Source: Octopus vulgaris
Taxonomy: Eukaryota
Assembly (NCBI GenBank): GCA_951406725.2
Contig: OX597836.1
Span: forward strand, 29,822,001 to 29,886,000
Length of the DNA stretch: 64,000 nt
Direction: 5' to 3'
Below, piece after piece: positions 52,261 to 64,000 of the stretch. Position numbers and translations under genes: made by a program. Positions within the stretch are counted from its first letter, which is position 1, and every line of letters starts with the position of its first letter. Below the pieces are notes generated by a model. It was not told the origin of the DNA, did no database searches, and was given only the letters and a program-made list of their open reading frames with translations.

Positions 52261-52752
52261 CTCGGTCGGTTGATGTGGCTGCCATATATCGATTCCCGGC
52301 CACAGTTATTCACATCATTCGATTTGATGTAAATCTGATCAGGTGCCGCGTAGTTATCCATGTTTTGCGCTTCTTTGTACGAATGGTTTGAAAATGTCCG
52401 AGTTTCGTTGTATCTGGACTCATTATGGAAATGCTCCCGGTACGGACTTTCATGAGCTGGGTCGGCGGTCAGAAGAGCAGCCGTGGCCGCCGACGTGTGG
52501 TGGTAGTTGTCCTTGTGCTTCATGTCGTTCACTAACTGGGGGCTGTCCATGTTACTGTAGGCGAGCACAGAAGACGACGGGCCGTTCAGGTGCACTTTGA
52601 TTGGCTCGAGACCACCGTATACCATTGCTCCATGCTGTGAGTCAAGCTGAGAACGGTGAGCTAGGTGCAGCTCGGTCCGAGTAGATATTGAGGGCCGCAT
52701 GTGGTCAGCTCGATAAGGCTGTGCTGGATTGTAATCCCATCCACTATAAGTT
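52261..52752 (-). CDS. TJP1: ZO-1-like large exon (Tyr/His/Ser-rich unique region)
   Basis: ttctacag|A ACT TAT AGT GGA TGG... to CGA CCG AG|gtgaga. 492 nt, phase 2-2, GC-rich and stop-free, includes ORF 52257-52700. Assigned to TJP1 by strand and phase continuity. Confidence 0.82.
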
Positions 52753-53104
52753 CTGTAGAATTAAAGACAAATGTTTAATAATTCATATATGTATATATAT
52801 GTGTGTGTGTATATATATATATTCTGTATGTATGAGTGTGCATATGTGTATGTGTGTATATATGTGTGTATGTATGTATATGTATGTGTGTATGTATGTG
52901 TATATGTGTATGTATATTAATCTATTTGTATGTATATATATATATTGAGTATTGTATGTATGTATGGAAGGGAGAGTCTTGAGACAAATAAAGCTATAAT
53001 TAATTATTTATAAGCATGATAATTTACTGAATACCTGTGATGAGCGCAAAATAAAATGCAGACTCAAGTTACTTTACTTATATAATAAATTTCTTGATAA
53101 ATAA

Positions 53105-53142
<38 letters not shown>

Positions 53143-53573
53143 CACATACACACACAAACATATTGTTGATATCAAGAATTTAGAAACTTTGAGAACACGA
53201 AATAATAGTTCATTTTTGGAACGGAGAGTCTTGAGACAAACAAAGCTATAAATAATAATGTAAACTTTTGGCTGGGTCCATGGACAGCATTCAACATGTT
53301 CTGTCCACAGGATTTTTAAACCAATATCTGCGTGCTTTTATCTATAGCAGTATTTGCTTCAAGATTCATGTTCTTAAAAAGATATATATAGGCACATGCA
53401 CATGAGTGCGTGTTTGTGTGTGTTACCTGGCTAAGAGTTGTTTTGACTCTTATTTCTAGCAACGTTGTTGCTGGCTAGCACCCTCAGTTATCTTAGTGAC
53501 GACTATACTTTTACCCTTTGTTGTTAATTACAAATAGCCACCTTAATTATTTTTATATATACATATATATATA

Positions 53574-53816
53574 CCAGAGTAAACACATAAATGTGAAACA
53601 AGGTGGAAAAAAAAGAGTACTCAAATACCAGGGGTAGAGTAATATGCTTTATTTAAAAGCAGCAGAAATTCAACAAAACCTGTTACTCGGAGTTTCACGT
53701 TCCCGTTCGTCGGACAGTTTTGTTAAAAATTTTAACAAAACTGTCCGACGAACGGGAACGGGAAACTCCGAGTAACAGGTTTTGTTGAATTTCTGCTGCT
53801 TTTAAATAAAGTATAT
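53574..53816. mobile_element. Palindromic element with two minimal hammerhead-ribozyme-like motifs (Penelope-like pLTR type)
   Basis: 82-bp arms (53647-53728 / 53730-53811) with a 1-nt spacer and one mismatch. The left arm extends about 70 bp further. Inserted in a (TA)n tract. Confidence 0.7.
53672..53724 (-). ncRNA. Type I minimal hammerhead ribozyme-like motif (U4C core variant)
   Basis: aacaaaaCTGT-CCGACGA-ACG ggaa CGT-GAAA-CTC C GA-GTA-ACAG g ttttgtt. Stems I and II pair and stem III is a short palindrome. Activity untested. Confidence 0.6.
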
Positions 53817-56274
53817 ATATATACATATATACACACGTGTTCATGTGTGTATTTATTGAGATAGAAAAGAAACATGACTTTCTACATAAGATACTTTATA
53901 TTTCTTGGTTAGTTTAGCTGAAACCATAACAGAAATAATAATAATAATAATAGTTATTGTTTCAAAGACCAGTAATTTTAGGAGGAGAGGGGTTAGTTAA
54001 TGCCATCAGTCCCAGTTCTTGACTGGTACATTATTTTAGGGACCTGGAAAGGATGAAAAGCAAAGTTGACTTCGGCATGATTTGAACTCAGAGCACAAAG
54101 AGTTGGAAGGAATGCTGTAAAGCTTTTCTACCATTACACTAATGATTCTGTCAACTTGCTGCTTCTGTGGTTTCTGGTTTAGGCACAAGGCCAGCAATTT
54201 TGAGAAGAGTGGGTTAGTTAATATCATTGACGTTAATATTTCATTGTTACTTTATTTTATCGACCCCACACTCCAAAAAAAAAAAAAGCTGAATGACAAA
54301 GCTGATTCTGCTGAATTTGAACTCTGAATGTAGACTAGTTAGTCCACATTACTCCATAAGGAGCATAGGGCCACTTTTCCAGTTTTTCTGGTGTGCATGT
54401 TCCTCTCTGGACAGGATGTAAATTTGTCGAAGAATTATTCATTTTTGCCAGCTGAGTGGAATGGAGCAACACGAAATGGAGTGATTTGCTCAAGGACACA
54501 AAGCATAACCCAGTCCAGGTATTGAAACCCCAATCTTACCATCATGAGTCCAACACCCTGACCACTAAGCCATGTGCATCCACAGAAAATAAAGAATCAG
54601 AACAAATAATGCAATGCATTTTCCTGAAGACCAAATGAATAGCCAATCTGATACCCTCCTAATGATGATGATGATGATTTATTGTTTAAACTAATCATTT
54701 TAAATGTATGACTGGGTGGTTAAAAATTTACTTTGCAATCACACAGTTCTGAGTTCAGTTACACTTTGCAGCACCAACCCAATTTTTTTTTTTTTAATAG
54801 AAAAGGGTCAATATGAAGAAGAAAATTAATAAGGGAGCTATCCATCCCAGATCAAAAAATTGTAGAAATAATGTAAATAGTCGCACAGTTTGTTATTGAT
54901 GGGAATTCAAGATTTAAATTTGACAAGTTTTAGAAACTAAATAAAAACCAAAAAATATATAAGCATGGCAGTGTGGTAAGAAGTTTGCTTCCCAACCACA
55001 TGGTTTTGAGTTCAATCCCAATGCATAGAACCTTGGGCAACTGTCTACTACTAAGGCCTGCAGACCAGCCAAAGCCTTGTGAGCGGATTTGGTAGTAAAT
55101 AAAAGATAAAAGACAGGAAAGAAAGGTATGTTTGTGAATATTTGATTTCAATAATTTCATTTTTTGGAAATGGCTGCTCATAGATCATCATCATCATCAT
55201 CATCATTTAACATCCACTTTTCCATACTTGCATCAGCTAGAAGCAGTTTGTTGAGGCAGATTTTCTACAGCTGGATGCCCTCCCTGTTACCAACCTTCAA
55301 ATGTTTCCAACCAAGGTAATATTTCCAAAAAAAAAAAACAGACCCAGGTACTCTAAGTTTTCCACAGGAGACCATATATGAACAACACCACTTGTATGAC
55401 AATGATGCTTGTTTACAACCATCACATGATGTCAACAAGGGTACATACACACAGACACATGATGTGCTTCTTTAAGTTTAAATCAATCAAATCCACTCAC
55501 AAGGCTTTGGTTGGTCTGGGACTATAGGAGAAGACACTTGCCCAAGGTGCCACACAGTGGGACTGAACCCAAGACCACACTGTTGAGAACCAATTAAATT
55601 GTAAGTAGTAATAAAGATTGAAAACATACCAAAGGCATTTTTAGAGGGAAATTCAAAATGCACAAATGTCTCCAAGACTATTTTAACATGGTTTTCAGTT
55701 TATCATTGGCCTGATTACCAATTATTTCTAGAAGCTTCTGGCAGTACATTAAAGGGATATTGAAGCAAGTTAATTTTCGTCTGATAATCAATGGAAGCCC
55801 TTGAATCCCTATTGCTTTCCAAATCCCATCTTTGTGAAATTTCGTGCTTTGACACATCTCTTTATTGAGATCAAGGATGTATTAAATTCGTTCGTCACTT
55901 CATTAAAAGAGGGGGATCCCACTCAATGCTGGCAGGATATCGATAATGGAGGCATAATTACTCTTTTGAAATCATTGTGTTGTCACACAATCAAACAGAC
56001 ATCAATCTATGGAGAAACACAGTTGGAATTGAGAAGCCCATAATGACAAAAATAATAATCTTTCTACATGTTTTGAATATTATGTGATCAAATGGGTTTG
56101 AATTCTCTTTTCATGAGTATACATTGGAAAATTTTTTTCGTGAGGTGCATTTATTTACTTAAAGGGCCATAGGCTTAGCCCCACTTATACCATTTGCATC
56201 TAAAATCCAAGCAATTAATTTATGTGTGTGTGTTGAGCACAGAAAGACATACATACACATACGTACCTGTGTAT

Positions 56275-56282
<8 letters not shown>

Positions 56283-56368
<86 letters not shown>

Positions 56369-56457
56369 ATATATATTATATATATATCTATATATCTATA
56401 TATATATATCTATATATATTATATATATATCTATATATATTATATATATATATATAT

Positions 56458-56489
<32 letters not shown>

Positions 56490-56492
56490 CTA

Positions 56493-56549
<57 letters not shown>

Positions 56550-56690
56550 TATACATATATATTATATATATACTATACATATATATTATACATATATATA
56601 TATATATATATACATACATATATGTGTGTGTGTGTGTACATATATATTATACATATATATATATACATACATACATATATGTGTGTGTGT
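56283..56690. repeat. Large compound (TA)n microsatellite
   Basis: About 400 bp of TA/TATC/TATTA repeats, the source of the YIYI ORFs. Confidence 0.95.
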
Positions 56691-57280
56691 GCATGTTGTC
56701 ATCATCATTATCATCATCATCCCCCCTTAATGTTCGTTTTCCTTGCTGGCATGGGTTGGATGGTTTGATCAGAGCTGGCAAGCCGGAGAGCCACACCAAG
56801 CTCCAGATTTGGCATGGTGTGTGTATTTGTGTGTGTGTGTGTAAGTATAAATTTGGGATGGAATTGTAAATTTATGCATTGAGAACCACCTTGTGATATG
56901 GTGCTCAGTCTTCTTTATGCCCGTTCAACTTTGCTGTTCTTCCTTTTGGGGTTGACAGAATAAATAGTAGACAAAGTATGAGATGGTGGGTGGTCAACAT
57001 ACTGTATTTTCTAGCATACAAGTTGAATTTGTCAGACTAAAATTTACTGCAAGATGAATTTGGAAGATCAAAAAATTCCCTGTGAAATGCAGCGGAATTT
57101 GGAAAGATAGGGATGATGTTTGAATGTTTACATTACATGTTTACACTATATAGCTATGTTGACTTGTATGCTGGAAAATACTGGATGCAACTATGAGCTA
57201 ATGAAAGAAACCTCAACAGAGTCACTAGATTTATTAAAAATTGCAGCTTAATCTCTTTCAAATTTTACCCTTCTGTCTTT

Positions 57281-57311
<31 letters not shown>

Positions 57312-57454
57312 CATATTTTCTAGCATAGAAGTTGTGTTTATAGCCGAAAAAAGTAGGTTGACTTATAACACCAAGATGACTTTGGAGGAATAAAAATTCC
57401 ATGTGAAATGCAACAGGATTTGGCAAGATAGCAATAATGTTTGGATGTTTACAC

Positions 57455-57485
<31 letters not shown>

Positions 57486-58924
57486 ATACTATGTCAACTT
57501 CTATGCCAGAAAATATGGTAAGCAAACAAAAAAAAGAAAAAGAAAAAGAAAAATTATAAAGCTTATGTCCCCAGCATAGTTGCAGTCCTGTGACTGAAAC
57601 TCACAAAAGAATAAATAAAAACAATAAATGAACAATAAACAAAAAAGGGTTGAAAGCACAAAGGGGTGACATGAGAGGGGGTGAAAGGTAACACCAAAGA
57701 AGCAAGATATTGGAAAGAAAAAATAAAGAAAAAAAGAAATATTTAGCAAGTGAAAGATAAAAGGGCAAAAGACAGGTAAAGAGAACTTCATTTATTTATC
57801 TCTAAAATCTCTTTATGTAATGACCAATTAATTAATTAGCATTGTTAGTTAGACTATGTGAGGTTAGCACTAAGCTTTTAAATTTAGATATTAATGACAT
57901 TTGGATTATCAGATTATGGCATATGTTTTAGGGAAGCATTAGTTAGTTCTAATATAGTCGAGCAGCTTAAAGACTCTCTCTGTCTTACACACATACATAC
58001 ACACACAAGCATGTGCACACACGCACACACACACAGGTTGATAGGAATGTCATTTTTATTATTTAGCCTCATCCCCACCCCAGGTCAGCCCTGACAGAAC
58101 AGACATACCTATAAACAAAGGTAATTCCAAACAAGCTAATCATGTCCACCTGACCTGCTAGAAATAACAGCCAAACTTCTCTTGAAGCACACTCCCACTA
58201 TTTTAAACTAAGAAGGACAAATTGAATAATATCCTTTTTACTTTAGGCACAAGGTTTGAAATTGGGGGAGCAGGCAAGTCGATTGCATCAACCCCAGTGC
58301 ACAACTGGTATTTATTGTGTCGACTATGAAAAGATGAAAGATAAAGTCAATTTCGGTGGAATTTGAACTCTGAACATAAAAACAGACGAAATGCCATTAA
58401 GCATTTTGTCCCATGTGCTAACGATTCTTCCAGCTCATCACCTTTACAAATTGACCAATAAAAACTTAGCTATCATGGGGCAGGGGTTGTGGAGAAAACG
58501 GAGTGTTTTTGATCATATAAATGCTCATTCAGAGCTAATCTGGGGTTATATGACAACAGGGATTAATTCTGTTCATCTAATCTCCAGATCATAACCGAAG
58601 TCAAGAGCACAGGTCCTGATATGCTACAGGCTGTTACATCTGTTAAGAAGTCAATCGTTGCTGACGTTGTTTTGCCCCAGGTTAGCCCTCATCAATTAGA
58701 CCTATGAGGTGTCTGAGCCAAACTTGACCATTTCAGCTTTTACTCAGACAGTGTATATATAGACATTCATTAGCGATGTGTGCTTCCCTTTTTTAAGGCA
58801 ATGCAGCATGATTTAACAGAAATTTGGTAGCTTTTCTAGCCAGTCAAATGATCATGCAGATCGGTAGTTCTCAACCGTTTTAAACCTTTGATTTCTGTTT
58901 CACTTGGATGGACCCTCATAGCCA

Positions 58925-59265
58925 CTTCATCATCATCATCATTATCGTTTAGCGTCCGCTTTCCATGCTGGCATGGGTTGGACGGTTCAACTGTGGTCTG
59001 GGAAGCCAGAAGGCTGCACCAGGCCCAGTCTGAAAATGCGCAGAGACCAACTTCCGCCACATTCCAAGGACAAAAACTAGAAATAGTCGATAGCTTCCGT
59101 TACCTAGGTGACCAAGTCAGTAGCGGGGGCGCGTGTGTTGAAAGTGTAACTGCTAGAGTAAGAATAGCCTGGGCAAAGTTCAGAGAGCTCTTACCTCTGC
59201 TAGGGACAAAAGGCCTCTCGCTCAGAGTAAAAGGCAGACTGTATGACGCATGTGTACGAACAGCC
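58925..59265. mobile_element. RTE-type LINE fragment with 5' inversion, inserted in a hAT-like MITE (about 58862-59420)
   Basis: 58925-59033 is a (GAT)n-tailed 3' end on the - strand (family also at 21620, 23655 and 1-120). 59034-59265 on + encodes LEIVDSFRYLGDQVSSGGACVESVTARVRIAWAKFRELLPLL, a non-LTR RT thumb motif. Host ends resemble CAGTGGTTCTCAAC / GAGAACCACTG. Confidence 0.75.
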
Positions 59266-59714
59266 AAATCCTATTATTATATTTTTATAATTAAATATTA
59301 TAAGGAATTATATAAAAAAAAAGTTTTTAAAATATTTTGTGTACTGCAGAAGTATAACCAGTTCATTGCACATAAATTTTAACAACAAAATCTTATATGG
59401 ACCCTGGCTGAGAACCACTGACATAGAGGTTCCTATGTTGGCTCTAAAAAGCTGATAATACATCATATCAAGACACTGCTCCTTGTCTTACAGGGTGCTG
59501 TGTATCTGTCATAGAACAGAGCTGCTAGAGAATTGGTACAAAATGTTGTATTGTCTCATATACAGCTTAGATGTAACATATCGTCATCTGCCATAGCTGA
59601 AACATCATAATCATAACCAGTAGCTTAGATTTAACATGCTGTCTTCTGTCATAGCTGAGATGTCGTCATCATCAGTCATAACTGAGATATGATGTTATAG
59701 TATCTTATGTCATT

Positions 59715-60772
59715 GCTGAGATGTCAGAGTTGAACTGATAATGTCATGAGTCATAAGCTAAGATGTCAGAGTTGAACTGCTAATGTCATGAGTCATAAGC
59801 TGAGATGTCAGAGTTGAACTGATAATGTCATGAGTCATAAGCTGAGATGTCAGAGTTGAACTGCTAATGTCATGAGTCATAAGCTGAGATGTCAGAGTTG
59901 AACTGCTAATGTCATGAGTCATAAGCTGAGATGTCAGAGTTGAGCTGCTAATGTCATGAGTCATAAGCTGAGATGTCAGAGTTGAACTGCTAATGTCATG
60001 AGTCATAAGCTGAGATGTCAGAGTTGAACTGCTAATGTCATGAGTCATAAGCTGAGATGTCAGAGTTGAACTGCTAATGTCATGAGTCATAAGCTGAGAT
60101 GTCAGAGTTGAACTGCTAATGTCATGAGTCATAAGCTGAGATGTCAGAGTTGAACTGCTAATGTCATGAGTCATAAGCTGAGATGTCAGAGTTGAGCTGC
60201 TAATGTCATGAGTCATAAGCTGAGATGTCAGAGTTGAACTGCTAATGTCATGAGTCATAAGCTGAGATGTCAGAGTTGAACTGCTAATGTCATGAGTCAT
60301 AAGCTGAGATGTCAGAGTTGAACTGCTAATGTCATGAGTCATAAGCTGAGATGTCAGAGTTGAACTGCTAATGTCATGAGTCATAAGCTGAGATGTCAGA
60401 GTTGAACTGCTAATGTCATGAGTCATAAGCTGAGATGCCAGAGTTGAACTGCTAATGTCATGAGTCATAAGCTGAGATGTCAGAGTTGAACTGCTAATGT
60501 TATGAGTCATAAGCTGAGATGTCAGAGTTGAACTGCTAATGTCATGAGTCATAAGCTGAGATGTCAGAGTTGAACTGCTAATGTCATGAGTCATAAGCTG
60601 AGATGTCAGAGTTGAACTGCTAATGTCATGAGTCATAAGCTGAGATGTCAGAGTTGAACAGCTAATGTCATGAGTCATAGGCTGAGATATCAGAGTTGAA
60701 CTGCTAATGTTATGAGTCATAAGCTGAGATGTCATAGATGAACTGCTAATGTCATGAGTCATAAGTTGAGAT
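59715..60772. repeat. Homogeneous minisatellite, 42-bp unit x~25, with degenerate left flank (about 59500-59715)
   Basis: Unit gagtcataagctgagatgtcagagttgaactgctaatgtcat, which reads (SQLMTHDISSSTLT)n on the - strand. Confidence 0.97.
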
Positions 60773-61557
60773 GCTATTTTGTCAGTCAGAGTTGACCAGA
60801 GGCTGTGGTTGTATATATAGGATGTATCCTTGTCTAAGGATGTAGTACAATGGGAATCAACCTGTGAATATTGTGATGGCAAAGCAAAATTCTTATCCCT
60901 TTGGCCATTCCTCTGTCCATCACAACAGTTACAGAACACATACACATGCACACACACACATGATCATACACATATAAACATACTATCTTTTTTTACTTAT
61001 GTTCCTTACCGACTGGGAGTTTCGTAATTTCTCAATTGTTTATCATCAGGTTCAATCCCTCGGTCTCTCATTGTGTATGTTTTTATAGGGACTGGAGGTG
61101 GTTCTTTTTTGCCTGTTGTTTTGTTGGAAGATGTCCCTTTACCCCTCTTTTCTAATGTAAAATCATCTTTCGTATGATCTATAGAGGAGTTGGACCTGGC
61201 TACAACTTTGTTTTTTCCTTCTTCTTTACTGTAGAAATAGAAGTCATTTTAGCCATGAAAATGACAAATATAATTAGTTGTTAAGGTTTCCTACATTTTT
61301 AAAACCCTTCCTACATCCTGCTTTCTGCTGAGCCATACCAATTATACAACCATTACGCCCATTAAAATATTTTATGAATTTTTGGGGGATAATGTTTTTT
61401 TTCTAATTTTCTAAATGCTAATTAAACTACATCAAAGTCAAATTTGCTTTGCAAATGACTTGATTTGAAATCAATGCTTCCCATGTTTGATGGTTTGCTA
61501 TGTTGAAATCTATAAGACACAATATCCAGTATGCATGTATACATATATACATATACT

Positions 61558-61625
<68 letters not shown>

Positions 61626-62134
61626 GAACTTATTGTATACAATGCTCAGGTGTACTTGAAACAATACTACATTGTGGAAAAATACCATCTAAAACACACA
61701 CAACTAAGTACTACCTTGAGTCACCCTAGGACTCATAGAACTGATTACCCAGTTTCTATGGTGTATAAGTGACAGAGATCACATCATTTCCCCCTGTACA
61801 GTACACCAGTCCATCACAGAATCACTCATTTACAGCTGAGTGGACTGAAAGCAACGTGAAATGAAGTGTTTTGCAAAAGAACACAATGCACCATCTGGTC
61901 TGGGATTTGAACCCTTGTTCTTGCAATCATGAATGCAGAACTCTAACCACTTTGCTAAAAACATACACACATATCTATGTTTTATTTGTTTTATTTCTTG
62001 ATAATATTATGTACTGCAAGGTGTGAAATGGCTTTTTATTAATTCTATAATCATAGACAAAGCTTCATAAAATCTGTTGGAAATCAGTAACTGACCAGTT
62101 TTTAATAAACTAAGTAGGATATCTAGTTATTCCA

Positions 62135-62362
62135 TTAACCCTTTCGTTACCAACTTGGCTAAAACCGGCTCTGGCTCTGAGGACAAATGTCTTGTTTTCA
62201 TAACTTTTGAATTAAAATCTTCCACCAAACCTTAGTCACACTTTATGTTCCTAACACTAGCTTAATGATAACCAAGTTATTTTACTAAATTCTTTGTAAT
62301 ATTTAAAGTAATTGAAAGAAACACAGAGCATCTCAAAATAAATACAGTAATGAAAGGGTTAA
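62135..62362. mobile_element. piggyBac-type MITE (family B)
   Basis: TTAA CCCTTTCGTTAC...GTAATGAAAGGG TTAA. Reverse complement of 14385-14611. Confidence 0.8.
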
Positions 62363-62558
62363 ATCTTCAGTTTGAAAGCCTATTCTTTATTCATATCCAG
62401 GTTTTTTGAACAAGTACATAAAGGTCGATCTAAGCCTAGACTAACTGGTCAAGAGCTGATTGCTATAAGATGCAGTACAAATGGCAACCTTGTAGATTTA
62501 TCAGTGTTGGACAGAATTGGCTCTGTTCAGATCTGGAGAGGGATGTACTCTACCAGAT

Positions 62559-62787
62559 TTAACCCTTTTGATACCAGACTGCCTAAGACAAGCCCTGGTC
62601 CTATGATACAAACTTCCTGTTTTAAATTATTTAAATCAAAAACTTCTTTCAAAGTTTCTTGATAATTTATGTTCCAAACACCAGCTTAATGATGAACAGG
62701 TTATTTTACTAATTTCTTAATTAGTTTCAAAATTTATTGAAACAACAACAGTGTCTTTGAACAGAAATATGGTAACAGAAGGGTTAA
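62559..62787. mobile_element. piggyBac-type MITE (family B-related)
   Basis: TTAA CCCTTTTGATACC...GGTAACAGAAGGG TTAA. Confidence 0.78.
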
Positions 62788-64000
62788 AATGACCAAGACG
62801 TGCCACATGTCACAATGCCCCTCATATCCACATGTCTCTATCAGGAATTGAGGACCTGCAGAAGGAAGGAACATTTGCAATAGAAGTATGCCTGCAACCT
62901 AGCTGTAGACATTCAATAAATTTCTTCTCATAATATGCAATTCCAAAATAAAACAAAAGTGTGTATAACACTTTATATGTGTGTATATTTTAAATGACTG
63001 TCATGACTTTTCTGCAATCTCATAATTAATTTTCTGTTAATCCAATTACATTTACTTGTTTTTTAAACTATTCTAGTTATTTCCAATTATCATAGTTGTA
63101 TGCTTGATATTCAATTCAAAGGTTAAATCAGTTAATACAACATTTTCATGGAAATATTTAAAGATATTCTTTGATTCCATGTTATAAGCCAATTAAAGGA
63201 ATTAGAGAAATTGCTATACATACACTTCATTCTCCAAGCCAGTCTCTACTCATAAAATTTCCGTTTCTTTAAATTGAACTTTAATTGTGATTTAAGCTCT
63301 TTGAAAGTTTGAACCAGTCATGGGTAACCTGTGACCCACAGGACTTTCTGAAGAGCAGACCTAACTAAAAATCACTTTGATTCTTTTCAGTAGTACGGCT
63401 GACCTGATGATGCACCATGTCTCATGTGGCCTGCTTCTTGAAAGAGGTTGCCCATAGCTAGTCTAAACCTTTCAAAGTCAATTTTCACTTAACTGGCCAA
63501 TTTGCTTTCCTGTTTTTCTAATTGCTATTGACTAATACAAGCTGCATTGAAAGTGCTTAAAAATATGGAACCTTAAATTTCCCTAATTTTTTTCGCCTTC
63601 TAAACTTTGATTTCTTCTTACATCGTAATCATTTTTATTGAAAATTTATGGTTTAAATAACCTTATCCACATAACATAATTAAATTTCCAAAAACGAATA
63701 AGTATTTCTTTTTATCTTTTTTTCAAAAATAACAAAAAAAGAAGAAAAATGGGATTAGGTATATATATATAGGGAAAAACATGGGGAAAATAAAAGTCTG
63801 GAGAATCAGCTGGAGGCAGGAGGGAACAGGAATAACAAAAAAAAAAAAACATTGTATTACAAGTCAGAATTCAATAAAACTAGATTTATCCAGTTTCTTT
63901 AACCCTTTAGCATTCAAATTATTCTGTCAAATGTAAAGCTTTATTCACATTGTGCATTATCTCATAGCTCTGGGATTTCAATGAAACAATTGTTTGTTTT

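Noticed and set aside
56194-56869. Long YIYI/ICVC ORFs (also about 16.0-16.4, 32.0-32.4, 43.7-44.2 and 44.8-45.5 kb) and poly-Ile ORFs at 46.2-46.5 kb
   Set aside because: Translations of (TA)n, (TG)n and (ATT)n microsatellites.
59715-60772. CRISPR-like array interpretation of the 42-bp (and 25-bp, 47346-47644) repeats
   Set aside because: Units are head-to-tail with no unique spacers, the context is a eukaryotic intron, and there are no cas genes.
59758-60957. 399-aa ORF as an established protein-coding gene
   Set aside because: The open frame follows from a stop-free 42-bp unit. The start lies in a TG microsatellite, there is no convincing phase-2 acceptor, and variants are not biased to silent changes. 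Kept only as a finding.

Overview
Eukaryotic, AT-rich DNA dense in microsatellites and transposons. The SINE/MITE/LINE repertoire points to a coleoid cephalopod, probably Octopus (inference). The window holds the 3' parts of two convergent genes. On the + strand are the last three coding exons of an AN1 zinc-finger gene (ZFAND5/6-like, stop at 8577). On the - strand is a ZO-1/TJP1 (polychaetoid)-like gene: four ZU5-domain exons ending ...SVSVLVDHF* at 13650, plus a series of frame-preserving phase-2 exons out to 52752. The introns carry tRNA-derived SINEs, RTE-type LINE fragments, piggyBac/hAT/Merlin-like MITEs, DD37D (maT) and mariner relics, a decayed 28S rRNA fragment and several minisatellites. 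The less obvious signals are: (1) five loci with minimal or variant hammerhead-ribozyme folds in the ZO-1 introns, two of them as inverted pairs, including a near-perfect 165-bp palindrome, probably Penelope-like/retrozyme-type elements; (2) candidate alternative terminal exons that would remove ZU5 from ZO-1, with Rbfox motif clusters near two exons; (3) a tail-to-tail, apparently bidirectional poly(A) site between the two genes; (4) a 42-bp array with one AP-1 site per unit whose only open frame is on the ZO-1 sense strand. Most ORFs in the supplied track are microsatellite or TE artefacts.
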